Assembly: GCA_038063635.1 (NCBI GenBank)
Contig: JBBTUS010000006.1
Coordinates: 13,500 to 77,499 of the forward strand
Source: Patescibacteria group bacterium
Lineage (GTDB): Bacteria; Patescibacteriota; Minisyncoccia; Phycocordibacterales; UBA9973
Length of the DNA stretch: 64,000 nt
Direction: 5' to 3'
Made by a program: the position numbers and the translations under genes. The notes under the pieces were generated by a model. The model worked only from the letters and a program-made list of their open reading frames with translations, ran no database searches and had not been told where the DNA came from. Of this stretch, positions 38,604-49,160 are shown in pieces; the first letter of the stretch is position 1; each line of letters begins with the position of its first letter.

Positions 38604-40343
38604 TTAATACACTTCCTGTTGATAACACTTTTCACAATATATTATTTCGGGTCGGTTGGGAGCGTAGGATGTTTCAAATTCTACACTGCATTTTCCTTTA
38701 TGTTCATGGTTTTCTTTATCGCACATGCAAGACCTATGCCAAAGTTTCATTGGATTTCGTTGTTTTAATCTTTGATAATGTCTGCAGTTTGGGCAAAATC
38801 TTGGTAAAGCAATATTATTTTTTCTCAAAAAATTTAATTCATCTTTTATGATGCGATAAGCTTGCGTACATAAAGTTAACTCACTGCCATTATTGGGACA
38901 AGCTATAGTTTCATTTAGAATATCTTCTTTTACATCTTGAATATGATTTGGCAAATCGTTTGATTTTAACGTAGTTTTATATTCTTTCTTTAGAGGTTCT
39001 CTAAAAAAATATCCTTCTTCCGTTATTTCTTTTTTGGTTTTTGGAAAATATTCTTGGGCAATTGTTTCATTGTAGGAGAATGGAGATAATTCGCTTGGGA
39101 AAAATTCACCATATTTATATACTCTGCCTTTACTATCTACATAAGGCATATCGTTCATATGTTTTATTATTTTAGGAACTAATTCTTCATATTCTTCTTT
39201 TGTATATTTTTTATTCAAAATACAATATTCCCCTTTTCTTATTCCAATACAACCAAATAAATTTTTCGAGTTATAACACATATAAGTATAATTGGTATCC
39301 AAACAACTGTGGGTTAATATTGAAAAATGTTGATTAAACGCTTTTATTCCCGTATCAACCCCCTCATACAACAAAGAAGCGCTAGCCCCAAAACCATAAC
39401 AATCATAATTATTTTCTGCCCAACCTCCGTGAGCTGAAAATTTTGTATCCTTGTTGTCTCCATAAATATCAAAAGATTGTTTGGTATTTTTTGAATTCAT
39501 AATATTATCTCCGGTACTATCTGAAGATTTTATTATATTGACATATTTATTAGGAAATTTTAAAACAAAGTCAGTATATTTATTTTTAAAATCAGATAAA
39601 ATTTTATAATTTCCAAAATCTAGATTCTTTTTTATTTTTAAATACTCTTCTTTGGAATATTGTTTGTTAAAAACACAGTATTTTTTGTTATGTAAATTAA
39701 TACAACCTATGCAATCTTGGCAATTCACGCAATTTTTCAAAAAATAACAGTTTATAGATTGACCTGAATTATAAGAAAAATGAGTTTGAAACAAAGAATC
39801 AGAAAGTATGTCTTCATAACATAATTCGGATTTTACAATAGAATATGTGTCAACGCAGTTTTTTAAACTAGATGCGCCTTGAGAATAAAGAACGTCTTCA
39901 TTTAAATAGGAAGCATAAACAAGATAACAATTTTTACAATCAGCATTATGATTGCCATATGGAAAATTTACACAATTAGTATTGCCAACATTGGCTAAAG
40001 GCACTTTTAATAATAATTCTTTATATTGTTCGAAGAATGGCTTACTAAAATCATAATCTTTTCCATAAGAAGCAGCGTCCCAATCATCTCCCCACCAAAT
40101 ATCATGATCATAAACTTTTCCCTTAAATTCAGGGTTAAACATCGCTATTATTGATTTATTTGTTTTGTCACAAGTTCTTTTAAAGAGAGCTCTTTCATTT
40201 CTCCAAGTTAGCCTTCTTATCATCCTGCATTCCGGACAAAAAGTCGGAGGCGGAACTTTTATTTTCTCATAGAAATTAAAATCTTCCGGCTCTATTATAA
40301 AGTCTTTTTGGCAATTTTGACATTGTTGAATTTTTTTTTGCAT
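38604..40343 (-). CDS. large cysteine-rich zinc-ribbon-containing protein (family not recognised; paralog 1 of 3)
   Basis: At 579 aa it has more than 40 Cys. The N-terminus is CQNCQKDFIIEPEDFNFYEKIKVPPPTFCPECR. The C-terminus LPRFCPNCRHYQRLKQRNPMKLWHRSCMC...YCEKCYQQEVY is related to it. Internal repeats are YC[VI][FL]NK[QK]Y[ST]KEEY. Confidence 0.6.
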   Translation of the reverse strand: MQKKIQQCQNCQKDFIIEPEDFNFYEKIKVPPPTFCPECRMIRRLTWRNERALFKRTCDKTNKSIIAMFNPEFKGKVYDHDIWWGDDWDAASYGKDYDFSKPFFEQYKELLLKVPLANVGNTNCVNFPYGNHNADCKNCYLVYASYLNEDVLYSQGASSLKNCVDTYSIVKSELCYEDILSDSLFQTHFSYNSGQSINCYFLKNCVNCQDCIGCINLHNKKYCVFNKQYSKEEYLKIKKNLDFGNYKILSDFKNKYTDFVLKFPNKYVNIIKSSDSTGDNIMNSKNTKQSFDIYGDNKDTKFSAHGGWAENNYDCYGFGASASLLYEGVDTGIKAFNQHFSILTHSCLDTNYTYMCYNSKNLFGCIGIRKGEYCILNKKYTKEEYEELVPKIIKHMNDMPYVDSKGRVYKYGEFFPSELSPFSYNETIAQEYFPKTKKEITEEGYFFREPLKKEYKTTLKSNDLPNHIQDVKEDILNETIACPNNGSELTLCTQAYRIIKDELNFLRKNNIALPRFCPNCRHYQRLKQRNPMKLWHRSCMCDKENHEHKGKCSVEFETSYAPNRPEIIYCEKCYQQEVY

Positions 40344-40448
40344 ATGTTTAAAAATTTTTATGCTTCCAAATTTTAACTCGAAATTTTATAGTTTTCCATA
40401 TAATTGATAAGGTGTATATAAAATATTCTAGTTTTAATTTTATTTTTT

Positions 40449-42224
40449 TCATAGAAATTCAGCTTGATAACATTTTTCGCAATATACAATTTCTTTTCGG
40501 TTATTATTAATCGCTGTTTCAAATTCATTTTGGCATGGATTTTCTGCGTGAAAATGCCCAATGGTATTTTTATATTCTTTATTTTCTGATTCTACACCAT
40601 TACACATGCATTTTCTATGCCAGAGTTTTGGCGGATTAACCATTTTTAACCGTTCATAATACCGGCAATTAGGACATAAATGGGGCAAAGCTAGCCTCAT
40701 AGATTGATAAAATTTTAACTCGTCTGGTAAAATACGAAAAGCTGTCGTGCATTGTTCATTGCAATTACCTTTATGTTCACATTCAATAACTTCATTTAAT
40801 ATGGACTCGGTAACATCGTTAATATGATCAGGTAAATTTTCTGGTTGAATGGTTATTTTATAATCTCTTGTAATTGAATCACGCCAATAAAATCCTTGTT
40901 TTAACGCCTCTTCTTTTGTAAGAGGAAAATATTTATTTGCCCATGTTTCATTATATGCCCATAAAGAAAGTTCAGACGGATAAAATTCTCCATACTTATA
41001 GATTCTTCCCTTTTTATCAACATAAGGCATATCGTTCATATGTTTTTTAATTTTAGGAATTAATTTTTCGTATTCTTCTTTTGTATATTGTTTGTTTAAA
41101 ATACAGTATTTTTTTTGCTTTAGCCTAACACAGCCAAAAAGATTAGCGCCACCATAAATATTCTCGGAATATTCAACATCTATAACATTATTGCTCCCAC
41201 GACAAAAAAAACTTCGCTGTGATTGAGTGCTTCCATTTACTTCGTATAAAAGCTCTGAGGTATCCCCTCCAAAAGTAATATCATAACTATCTTTTAATAA
41301 AAGCCCGCAAGTAAAAATATTTTTGCAATTTTCTACACCTTCAAGAGTAATAAAACAGTTTTTACAATTTTTAGTATTTTGAAGACCATCACCGCTTACA
41401 TTATATGAGTTTATGACAATAGAAAATCGTCTTGGTGTCTTATAATAAAGTTCCATAAATTTTTCTTTCGCTTTTTGTATAACTTTATAGCTTCCTAAAT
41501 CCCATTTAGCTATTTGTTTCTTATATTCTTCTTTTGTATATTGAACATTAAAAATATTGTGTTTTTGATTTCTTAAATTTATACAGCCAAAGCAATTTGA
41601 ACATCCTATACAATAAAAAAGGAAAGATGAGTCAAGACACTCATCCGAAAAATAAGTAAATTTTGTATTATAGACTCCAGTTGAGTTTATGGTATTGTAT
41701 ACATGATCAGCATTCCAAATAACATCAGAATCCATAGAATCGCGAGAAAAAAGTGGAGCTTGACAATAATAAGAATTAATAGATTGAAAACCGCCAAAAA
41801 CAAAAGTGCAGTTTTTGCAACGAACATTTCCATGGCAATATTTATTATTAGTACAATTTCTTGAATTTGTCCCCTGTGACGGAACAATTTTTTGTAGTTC
41901 ATATAATTGTTGGAAAAATGGCTTATTAAAATCATAATCTCTACCATATAGAGTTCCATCCCAATCATCTTTCCACCAACACGGAGAACAATAAACGACA
42001 AAAGGAGTTTCAGGAGCAAATAAACTTACAATATTTTCTCCACATTTATCACACTTATCTTTATATAAAGCACGTTCTTCACGATAAGCTAAACGTCGAA
42101 TTAGTCTGCACTCCGGACAAAAAGTCGGTGGCGGAACCTTTATTTTTTCATAAAATAAAAAATCGTCTGGCTCGATTATAAAGTCTTTTTGGCAATTCTG
42201 ACAGTTTCTAGTTTCATTTTTCAT
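40449..42224 (-). CDS. large cysteine-rich zinc-ribbon-containing protein (paralog 2 of 3)
   Basis: At 591 aa its N-terminal 70 aa are about 70% identical to paralog 1. The C-terminus is LPHLCPNCRYYERLKMVNPPKLWHRKCMC...YCEKCYQAEFL. Confidence 0.6.
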   Translation of the reverse strand: MKNETRNCQNCQKDFIIEPDDFLFYEKIKVPPPTFCPECRLIRRLAYREERALYKDKCDKCGENIVSLFAPETPFVVYCSPCWWKDDWDGTLYGRDYDFNKPFFQQLYELQKIVPSQGTNSRNCTNNKYCHGNVRCKNCTFVFGGFQSINSYYCQAPLFSRDSMDSDVIWNADHVYNTINSTGVYNTKFTYFSDECLDSSFLFYCIGCSNCFGCINLRNQKHNIFNVQYTKEEYKKQIAKWDLGSYKVIQKAKEKFMELYYKTPRRFSIVINSYNVSGDGLQNTKNCKNCFITLEGVENCKNIFTCGLLLKDSYDITFGGDTSELLYEVNGSTQSQRSFFCRGSNNVIDVEYSENIYGGANLFGCVRLKQKKYCILNKQYTKEEYEKLIPKIKKHMNDMPYVDKKGRIYKYGEFYPSELSLWAYNETWANKYFPLTKEEALKQGFYWRDSITRDYKITIQPENLPDHINDVTESILNEVIECEHKGNCNEQCTTAFRILPDELKFYQSMRLALPHLCPNCRYYERLKMVNPPKLWHRKCMCNGVESENKEYKNTIGHFHAENPCQNEFETAINNNRKEIVYCEKCYQAEFL

Positions 42225-42232
42225 TTCTTAAT

Positions 42233-42475
42233 CTAAAAAAAGTCGTCTATCCACTTAAAAATTTTTGGTTCTACTTTTTTATATTTTTTCCATAATTTAT
42301 TTGGTAATTTTTCCAAATCTGGAAATTTATATTCATCTCTTAAAATCGGATAAAAAAAACAAATAAGTATTATCAGTATGGTAAGCGGTATACACCAAAG
42401 AAATATAGTAAAACCCAAAAAACGAATTATTAAAATAGCTACGATTATTGCAAATATTAAAGTTCCATTATGCAT
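42233..42475 (-). CDS. small membrane protein (two TM, 80 aa)
   Basis: It is hydrophobic and tightly packed between ATPase-2 and Cys-rich paralog 2. Confidence 0.4.
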   Translation of the reverse strand: MHNGTLIFAIIVAILIIRFLGFTIFLWCIPLTILIILICFFYPILRDEYKFPDLEKLPNKLWKKYKKVEPKIFKWIDDFF

Positions 42476-42513
42476 ATTTAATTTATATAAAAATTTTTAA
42501 ATTAATAAGTATA

Positions 42514-44763
42514 TTACTCTAGTATTTTTTTTAATACATCTTCCGGCACTTCACGAATTGTTCCCGAAGAAGAAATAGGGTTTTGTGTTTTTGGGTTTTC
42601 TTCTTTTTTGATAGGTATTTCTTCTTTCTTTTTTATCTCTTCCTTTACTTCTTTGGAAACTTCAGGCGATTCAGCTCCGTTAGATTTAGCTGAAATGAAA
42701 TTTTTTAATTTATCCATATCTTCCCTGCTTGCAGATCTATCTTTTGACGGAGAACTGGATGTTGGTTGCGTATTTTTTAATTCATTTAGAGAGATTGAAG
42801 GCGTTTCTTTTTCTATAGGTTTTTCTTCTTTATTTGTTTGAGAAGATGAAAAAACCTTATTTTCAGAAAGAGTTTTGTTTAAAATTTCTCTTAAAGCTAT
42901 ATTTTCTTTGGGTTTTTCCCCGCCTGCCTGCCCGACACGTTGACGCGAGTCATGCGGGCGGGCATTAGCTGTGCTAAAAGCATTGCGGTCAGGTTTTTGC
43001 GTTTGATTTACAAATTTATTTTTAATTGGTGCATATTGCTGTTTATCTCTTGGTTGTGGATTTGAAAATGAAGCTTTTTTATCAAAAACTCTTTTAATCG
43101 CCGAAAATATTCCCGGTCTTCTTATTGCTTCGTCCGGATGTTGGATATGTATATCAACTCTTTCTGGATATCTTTCTTCTCGGGCTCTTTCTATATTATT
43201 GGTATAAACTTCTTTTTTTTCAAATTCTATTCCTAAATCAGATAATGGCTTATAAAACTTTACTTCATCTTGTCTTACTTGGCTCATTGACCCTTTTATA
43301 GGCTTTAATTCTCCAGATTTCATTTTTGCTATGCAATCCCTGCAATACACTGGACGTCCTTTTTCTGGCTTAAAAGGCACAGTTGTTTCTTTTTTACAAA
43401 TAGAACATTCAGCGGGAAATTTTTCTACCTCACTAGCTTCATTTTCATTTCCAAGAGACATTCCACTCCAATTGTTTATTTCTCGTTCTACAACTTCTTT
43501 TGATCTGCAATATAAATCACGAGAAGATTTTATAACTTCTTCCTCTGTTTCTTTATTGCCTTTTGCCATTGGAGGTATTGTTCTAGCTGAAAAAGGTCTT
43601 GAAGTTACACCGTCTATCATTAATTTTAAATATATTTTATAGTTTGGAAGATTAACAATATCTTGAGGAGTAAATTCCGGGTCAAATTCTTTTTCTAAAA
43701 ATTCCGCATCATCGGCGCCGCAACGAAAAACTATCATCGTGCCAACGTTGCCAAAAACAGCATCACGAACTGCAGAACTTTTATCCGAAACAAGCTGGGC
43801 GGTATATTGATGAGCAACCGTCAGATTTAATCTGTATTTTCTGGCTTCAGATAAAATACCGGCAAAAGCGTCCGTCACAAAATTTTGAAATTCATCCACA
43901 TAAAGATAAAAATCTTTTCTTTCATCTTCTGGAATACGCACACGTTCCATCGCCGCAAGTTGAATTTTAGTAATAATCATACCACCCAAAAGCGAAGAAT
44001 TGTCTTCACCGATGCGCCCTTTGGAAACATTTACAAGAAAAATTTTTCCCTCATTCATTATGTCAAAAATGTTTATTGTGCTTTTTGACTGCCCTACAAC
44101 ATTTCGAATAATGGAAGTAGAAAGAAATTGACCTACTTTATTTTGGATAGGAGCAATAGCTTCATTTCTAAATTTGTCTTGCCAAGCCTCATATTCGTGA
44201 ATCCAAAAAGCTTTAATAACTGGGTCTTTTAGATTTGAAATTATTTTTTGGCGATAATCTTTGTCCACTAGCATTCTAGGTATGCCAAGAAGCGTAGTCC
44301 CAGGAGTATCTAGAAGAGCTAAAATAGCATTATTTAAAATGTATTCCATTCGAGCGCTCCAAGCATTGGCCCAAATTTTGGTAAATATTCCCATAAGACC
44401 TGAAGCGACCAAATGCTTGTATTTAGGGTCAATAAGTTCTAGAACATTAAAACCAACATGATATTCTGTGTCTGCCGGATTAAAATAAACAACATCTTTC
44501 ATGCGATTTGGAGGAATTGAAGAAAGAATTGCTTCAACATTTTCTCCGTGCGGGTCAACCATACATACACCATCGCCATTTTTGATGTTCTGAATAATCA
44601 TATTAAACATGAGCACAGATTTACCTGTTCCTGATTTTCCAAGAATATAAACATGCTGGCGCCTATCTTTGCGCTTTATGCCAAAAAGCTGATTTTTATC
44701 TCTATAAGTAGAATACCCAATATATGTAATATCTTTATTTAAAGGCAAATCTAAGGCGTTCAT
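42514..44763 (-). CDS. soluble TraD/TrwB/VirD4-like P-loop ATPase (paralog 2) with a 300-aa low-complexity C-terminal extension containing a CxxC...CxxC zinc ribbon
   Basis: GKSGTGKS, VDPHGE, YLYVDEFQN and LTVAHQY are present. The tail is Lys/Glu-rich and carries the family-2 repeat insertion. Confidence 0.65.
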   Translation of the reverse strand: MNALDLPLNKDITYIGYSTYRDKNQLFGIKRKDRRQHVYILGKSGTGKSVLMFNMIIQNIKNGDGVCMVDPHGENVEAILSSIPPNRMKDVVYFNPADTEYHVGFNVLELIDPKYKHLVASGLMGIFTKIWANAWSARMEYILNNAILALLDTPGTTLLGIPRMLVDKDYRQKIISNLKDPVIKAFWIHEYEAWQDKFRNEAIAPIQNKVGQFLSTSIIRNVVGQSKSTINIFDIMNEGKIFLVNVSKGRIGEDNSSLLGGMIITKIQLAAMERVRIPEDERKDFYLYVDEFQNFVTDAFAGILSEARKYRLNLTVAHQYTAQLVSDKSSAVRDAVFGNVGTMIVFRCGADDAEFLEKEFDPEFTPQDIVNLPNYKIYLKLMIDGVTSRPFSARTIPPMAKGNKETEEEVIKSSRDLYCRSKEVVEREINNWSGMSLGNENEASEVEKFPAECSICKKETTVPFKPEKGRPVYCRDCIAKMKSGELKPIKGSMSQVRQDEVKFYKPLSDLGIEFEKKEVYTNNIERAREERYPERVDIHIQHPDEAIRRPGIFSAIKRVFDKKASFSNPQPRDKQQYAPIKNKFVNQTQKPDRNAFSTANARPHDSRQRVGQAGGEKPKENIALREILNKTLSENKVFSSSQTNKEEKPIEKETPSISLNELKNTQPTSSSPSKDRSASREDMDKLKNFISAKSNGAESPEVSKEVKEEIKKKEEIPIKKEENPKTQNPISSSGTIREVPEDVLKKILE
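42913..42997. repeat. GC-rich palindromic element, family 2 (copy 1), in-frame inside the C-terminal tail of ATPase-2
   Basis: It is about 88% identical over about 85 nt to 50265-50349. The termini CCTGCCCG...CGGGCAGG form an inverted repeat. It encodes NAFSTANARPHDSRQRVGQAGGEK. Confidence 0.75.
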
Positions 44764-44851
44764 ATGTTAAATTATAACACTCTATAATAGATTTTAGCAA
44801 AAAATTTTAAGGGTTTTTATGTTTTTGGACCTGCTCCATAGTGAGTTTGCT

Positions 44852-46792
44852 TTATTTTTTAGGAGCTTCCTCTTCCGGCTTTTCTTTTGCCTCGTCTGTA
44901 GACGGACCTTCTTTATATTCTGCATCGCGAACTTTAGAATCTTTTTCTTCAGAAGTTGCTTGTTCTGATTTTGCTGAAGAACTGGTTTCATCTACTTTTG
45001 CCATAGCTTCGCCAATTTTAGACATCTCACTGGAAAGTTCTTCGGTGGCTTTTTTAATTGCTTCAGAATCCGTTCCGTCTTTTACTTCTTTCAAAGAAGT
45101 TATTTTAGCATTTACCCCATCCTTAATATCCGATGGGATTTTTGCTTCGTTATCTTTCAATGCTTTTTCCGCAGTGTAAATAATCATTTCCGCGGTATTT
45201 TTTATATCAACAATTTCTTTTTTCTTTTTATCTTCCTCTGCATGAAGTTCAGCATCGGCCTGCATTTTCTTAATATCTTCTTCTTTTAATCCAGAACTTG
45301 CTTCAATTTTAATTGATTGAGCTTTTCCGGAAGCTTTATCTTTTGCCGTAACATTTAAAATTCCATTTGCATCAACATCAAAAGTAACTTCAACTTGTGG
45401 AATACCGCGAGGTGCTGGCGGAATTCCATCTAATATAAATCTTCCTAAACTCTTGTTATCGGAAACCATTGGACGTTCTCCTTGCACAATATGAATTTCA
45501 ACAGAAGTTTGATTGTCGGCTGCAGTTGAAAAAATTTGAGATTTAGAAGATGGAATAGTTGTGTTTCTTTCAATTAATTTTGTAGAAACTCCTCCAAGCG
45601 TTTCAATACCGAGTGAAAGAGGTATAACGTCCAAAAGCAACACATCACGAACTTCACCGGCCAAAACTCCAGCTTGAACCGCAGCTCCTAAAGCCACAAC
45701 TTCATCGGGATTTATAGACATATTCGGTGTTTTTCCAAAAAGATTTTTCACCGCATCAACAATCGCCGGCATTCTTGTTTGTCCGCCAACCATTATAATT
45801 TCGTTTATTTCATTCATTTTAAACGGCGATGCTTCAAGAGCTTTTTTTGTTATTTCAATTGAACGGTCAATATATTCTTTTGTTAATGATTCCAGAGTTG
45901 CTCGAGACATTTTTAAAAGCAAATGTTTTGGTCCGGAAGAATCAGAAGTGATAAATGGAACATTTATTTCCGTTTCCATTGTTGTAGAAAGTTCATGCTT
46001 TGCTTTTTCCGCAGCTTCTTTTAATCTCTGATGAGCCAGCGGGTCTTTTCTGACATCAATGCCAGATTCTTTTTTATATTCCTCGGCTATCCAAGTAATA
46101 ATTTTTCTATCAATATCGCCTCCACCCATATGTGAATCTCCGTCAGTTGATTTTACTTCAATAATATCATCTCCAATTTCTAAAACTGAAACATCAAAAG
46201 TTCCGCCGCCAAAATCATAGACAACTATTTTTTCATTTTTCTTTTTATCAAATCCATAAGCCAGAGCTGCGGCTGTAGGCTCGTTTATAATACGTTTCAC
46301 GTCAAGTCCGGCAATCTGACCGGCATCTTTGGTTGCTTTTCTTTGAGCATCATTAAAATAAGCGGGAACAGTAATAACTGCTTCTGTTATTTTCTCGCCT
46401 AATTTTGTTTCAACATCTGTTTTAATTTTTTGCAAAATCATCGCTGAAATTTCTTCCGGACGATAAAATTTATCCAGCATTTTAACTTTTACGCCGCCAC
46501 TTTCACCAGCTTCAATTTTAAATGACGCAGTAACTTTATCTTTTTGCACTTCCGGGTCGTCGTATCTATGACCCATATAGCGTTTTATTTCTGAAATTGT
46601 ATTTTCCGGATTAGTAACTGCTTGCCTCTTTGAGAGAAGTCCGGTAATACGGTCACCATTTTTTGTAGTGGCTACTACAGAAGGCGTGGTGCGGTTGCCT
46701 TCTACGTTTTCAATAATTTTCGGTGCGCCTCCTTCAATAATTGCTACAGCCGAATTTGTTGTACCCAAATCTATACCTATTATTTTTGACAT
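44852..46792 (-). CDS. dnaK: chaperone DnaK (Hsp70)
   Basis: [23 protein letters not shown] and the rest of the Hsp70 signature set are present. Confidence 0.95.
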   Translation of the reverse strand: MSKIIGIDLGTTNSAVAIIEGGAPKIIENVEGNRTTPSVVATTKNGDRITGLLSKRQAVTNPENTISEIKRYMGHRYDDPEVQKDKVTASFKIEAGESGGVKVKMLDKFYRPEEISAMILQKIKTDVETKLGEKITEAVITVPAYFNDAQRKATKDAGQIAGLDVKRIINEPTAAALAYGFDKKKNEKIVVYDFGGGTFDVSVLEIGDDIIEVKSTDGDSHMGGGDIDRKIITWIAEEYKKESGIDVRKDPLAHQRLKEAAEKAKHELSTTMETEINVPFITSDSSGPKHLLLKMSRATLESLTKEYIDRSIEITKKALEASPFKMNEINEIIMVGGQTRMPAIVDAVKNLFGKTPNMSINPDEVVALGAAVQAGVLAGEVRDVLLLDVIPLSLGIETLGGVSTKLIERNTTIPSSKSQIFSTAADNQTSVEIHIVQGERPMVSDNKSLGRFILDGIPPAPRGIPQVEVTFDVDANGILNVTAKDKASGKAQSIKIEASSGLKEEDIKKMQADAELHAEEDKKKKEIVDIKNTAEMIIYTAEKALKDNEAKIPSDIKDGVNAKITSLKEVKDGTDSEAIKKATEELSSEMSKIGEAMAKVDETSSSAKSEQATSEEKDSKVRDAEYKEGPSTDEAKEKPEEEAPKK

Positions 46793-46809
46793 AATATTTT
46801 ATTTAATTT

Positions 46810-46839
46810 CCGCCTGAGGCGGATCAGCCCTTTGGCTGA
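46810..46839 (-). promoter_or_regulatory. two short GC hairpins in the dnaK 5' leader (ccgcctgaggcgg and tcagccctttggctga); no CIRCE consensus was seen
   Basis: Inverted repeats lie 18-47 nt upstream of the dnaK start codon. Confidence 0.35.
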
Positions 46840-46953
46840 AATTATTAATAATCTTATTTATACAACCATTATATACGAAACAAATATTTTTAGCAAGTTT
46901 TTAGTGACCGCGAAATACTTGTCAAAAGACAGTATATATTATAATATATAGCT

Positions 46954-47475
46954 ATGTCAAGAAAAATGGATTATTCTAATAAGATATTAAAGATTTTGGC
47001 CGAAAAACCAGTTGTTTCAGTTGAATCAATAAAAAGTGAGGATCCTAAGAAAAATTATGCTTTTGCTCGTTCAATAAAAAATTTAGTTGAATCAGGATGC
47101 ATTGAAATGCTTCAGTCTGATAATCAAACTTATTTAAAAATAACTAAAAAAGGTAAAGGCAAATTAAATTGTATAAAACTAGAGGGTGAAGAAGCGCTTG
47201 TGTCTAATACTTGGGATGGATTTTGGAGAATTATAATTTTAGATATTCCCGAAAACAGAAAACCGGAACGCGAAGCATTGCGTTATCTTTTAAAGAAAGC
47301 GAATTTTATTTGCGTAAAAAATACCGTATGGATTTCTCCTTATCCTTACGAAAATCTTTTTACAAACATTAAAAAAGATTTAGGTTTGGGAACTGAACTA
47401 ATGATTATAGTGACAAACAAGCTGGATTCAGAAACAAATTCAGCATTTTTAAAAAATGTAAATAAAATTCAGTAA
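46954..47475 (+). CDS. putative transcriptional regulator (small PaaX-like: wHTH plus a PaaX_C-like domain), divergent from dnaK
   Basis: DGFWRIIILDIPENRKPEREALRYLLKKANFICVKNTVWISPYP resembles the PaaX C-terminal domain pattern. A TTGTCA-N17-TATATTATAAT promoter is upstream. Confidence 0.4.
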   Translation: MSRKMDYSNKILKILAEKPVVSVESIKSEDPKKNYAFARSIKNLVESGCIEMLQSDNQTYLKITKKGKGKLNCIKLEGEEALVSNTWDGFWRIIILDIPENRKPEREALRYLLKKANFICVKNTVWISPYPYENLFTNIKKDLGLGTELMIIVTNKLDSETNSAFLKNVNKIQ

Positions 47476-49160
47476 ATTTCTTTATTGTAACAACTTTCGC
47501 AATAAATTATTTCTTTTCGGTCTGGAGAATAACTTGTTTCAAATTCATTAGAACAACCTTCTTTCATGCATTTTCGGTGCCAAAGTTTGCGAGGCAGACG
47601 AATTGCAAAACGTTTTTTATATCTGCATTCTGGACAAAAATGCGGTAATGGAATATTTTCTTTTTTATAAAATGCTAATTCGTCTTTTGTTATATTATAA
47701 TTTTTTTTACATTTATCACACGCTAAAACAGCCATTAAAATTTCATCATTAATATCTTTAATATCATCTGGGATATTTTCTAGTTTAACGGTTTCTTTTC
47801 CAAAAATTCCCGGAATCTTATCTTCCCATTTCCACCCGCGAGAAAGAATAGTTTCTTTCTCTTCCGGCATATAATAATTTCCCTGAGTTTCGTTATAACA
47901 AACAGGAGAAATAGATGGTGGAAAAAATTCTCCATACTCCCCTGTTTTCTTCATATGTTCTATTATTTTTTCTTTCAATTCCAAATATTCTTCTTTTGAA
48001 TATTTTTTATTAAAAATCATATACTCCCCTTTTTTAATTGAAATACACCCAAAAAGGTTTTGACAATTCTGACAAGAGTCCGAATATTCTATATCTCTAT
48101 TGTCATAACAAAGATGACAAAATTTACTGTTATATAAACCTTTGCATCCGTGAATTTCATACGACAATTCCGTACCCCAACCCACATGATACAAATCCAT
48201 TGAAGATTTTAAGGAAACAGATGCGTAAATATTTTTTGTATCTTCAAGCATTTCCACATCAAAACTATTTATTGAATTCTTACTATTAAATATCATATTG
48301 CCGGTACAATTAATATTGCGTTCGCTTATCACGTAGCGATGAATAGAATCCTTAATCATTAAATCAAAAAATTCTTGTTTTAACTTCTCACGAACATTAT
48401 AAGAACCTAAATTATATTCTTTTATTTTTTCTAAATAAGCCTCACGAGAATATTGTTTATTTTTAAAAACATATTTTTTATTGCGCAAATTAGACGATAA
48501 AAAACAATCATTGCAGTTACGACAATCGTAACAATAATAGCAATTTACGCAATTTTCCAATAAAAAACCAAATTGGCATTGATATGATTTTCTTGAATCA
48601 ATACATTCATAAAGTTTTTCTCCGCTGTCATATATATAACTGCAATCCATGCAGTTTCTAGATTTCATTATCCAAGTTGAATAAAGTACATCTTCAGTAT
48701 TGAAACAGCTAAAAGATAAATAAGCATTTTTGTCATCTCCGGAATGATTGGCATAATCCGAATTAATGCTATTTTTACTCAAAAGGGCTACACGAGGAAC
48801 TTCAAGCTGTAATTCATGATATTGTTCAAAAAATGACCTGGAAAAATCAAAATCACGTCCATAAACAGCAGGGTCCCAGTTATCTCCCCACCAGCATTTC
48901 AAACAATAAACTTTTAATAATTTATTTGGAGAATAAACGGTAACAATGCTTTTATTGCACAAGTCGCAGTCTCGCCTATATAAAGTTCTTTCGTTTCGCC
49001 AAGCATAACGACGTTGTTGACGACAATTCGGACACCACAAAGGCGGTGGAACTTTTATTTTTTCATAAAAATCAAAATCTTCAGGTTCTATTGTAAAATC
49101 TTTTTTGCAATTCTGGCAATTTTTATTTTTCTGTTGTTGGCTCATTATATTCAAAGACAT
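47469..49160 (-). CDS. large cysteine-rich zinc-ribbon-containing protein (paralog 3 of 3), translationally coupled to grpE
   Basis: At 563 aa its N-terminus is CQNCKKDFTIEPEDFDFYEKIKVPPPLWCPNCR and its C-terminus is LPHFCPECRYKKRFAIRLPRKLWHRKCM...YCESCYNKEIY. Its start overlaps the grpE 3' end by 38 nt. Confidence 0.6.
   Translation of the reverse strand: MSLNIMSQQQKNKNCQNCKKDFTIEPEDFDFYEKIKVPPPLWCPNCRQQRRYAWRNERTLYRRDCDLCNKSIVTVYSPNKLLKVYCLKCWWGDNWDPAVYGRDFDFSRSFFEQYHELQLEVPRVALLSKNSINSDYANHSGDDKNAYLSFSCFNTEDVLYSTWIMKSRNCMDCSYIYDSGEKLYECIDSRKSYQCQFGFLLENCVNCYYCYDCRNCNDCFLSSNLRNKKYVFKNKQYSREAYLEKIKEYNLGSYNVREKLKQEFFDLMIKDSIHRYVISERNINCTGNMIFNSKNSINSFDVEMLEDTKNIYASVSLKSSMDLYHVGWGTELSYEIHGCKGLYNSKFCHLCYDNRDIEYSDSCQNCQNLFGCISIKKGEYMIFNKKYSKEEYLELKEKIIEHMKKTGEYGEFFPPSISPVCYNETQGNYYMPEEKETILSRGWKWEDKIPGIFGKETVKLENIPDDIKDINDEILMAVLACDKCKKNYNITKDELAFYKKENIPLPHFCPECRYKKRFAIRLPRKLWHRKCMKEGCSNEFETSYSPDRKEIIYCESCYNKEIY

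Noticed and set aside
44841-45179. Plus-strand 112-aa Ser-rich ORF, and other antisense ORFs inside dnaK, pepA (23116..23513), CysRich-2 (41687..42019) and rpoA (51232..51504).
   Set aside because: All are antisense or alternate-frame overlaps of confidently identified, motif-bearing genes. They are low-complexity, with no independent support.
46793-46953. A CIRCE heat-shock operator upstream of dnaK or grpE.
   Set aside because: I searched by eye for TTAGCACTC-N9-GAGTGCTAA-like inverted repeats near dnaK, grpE and dnaJ and found none. Only short unrelated GC hairpins are present.
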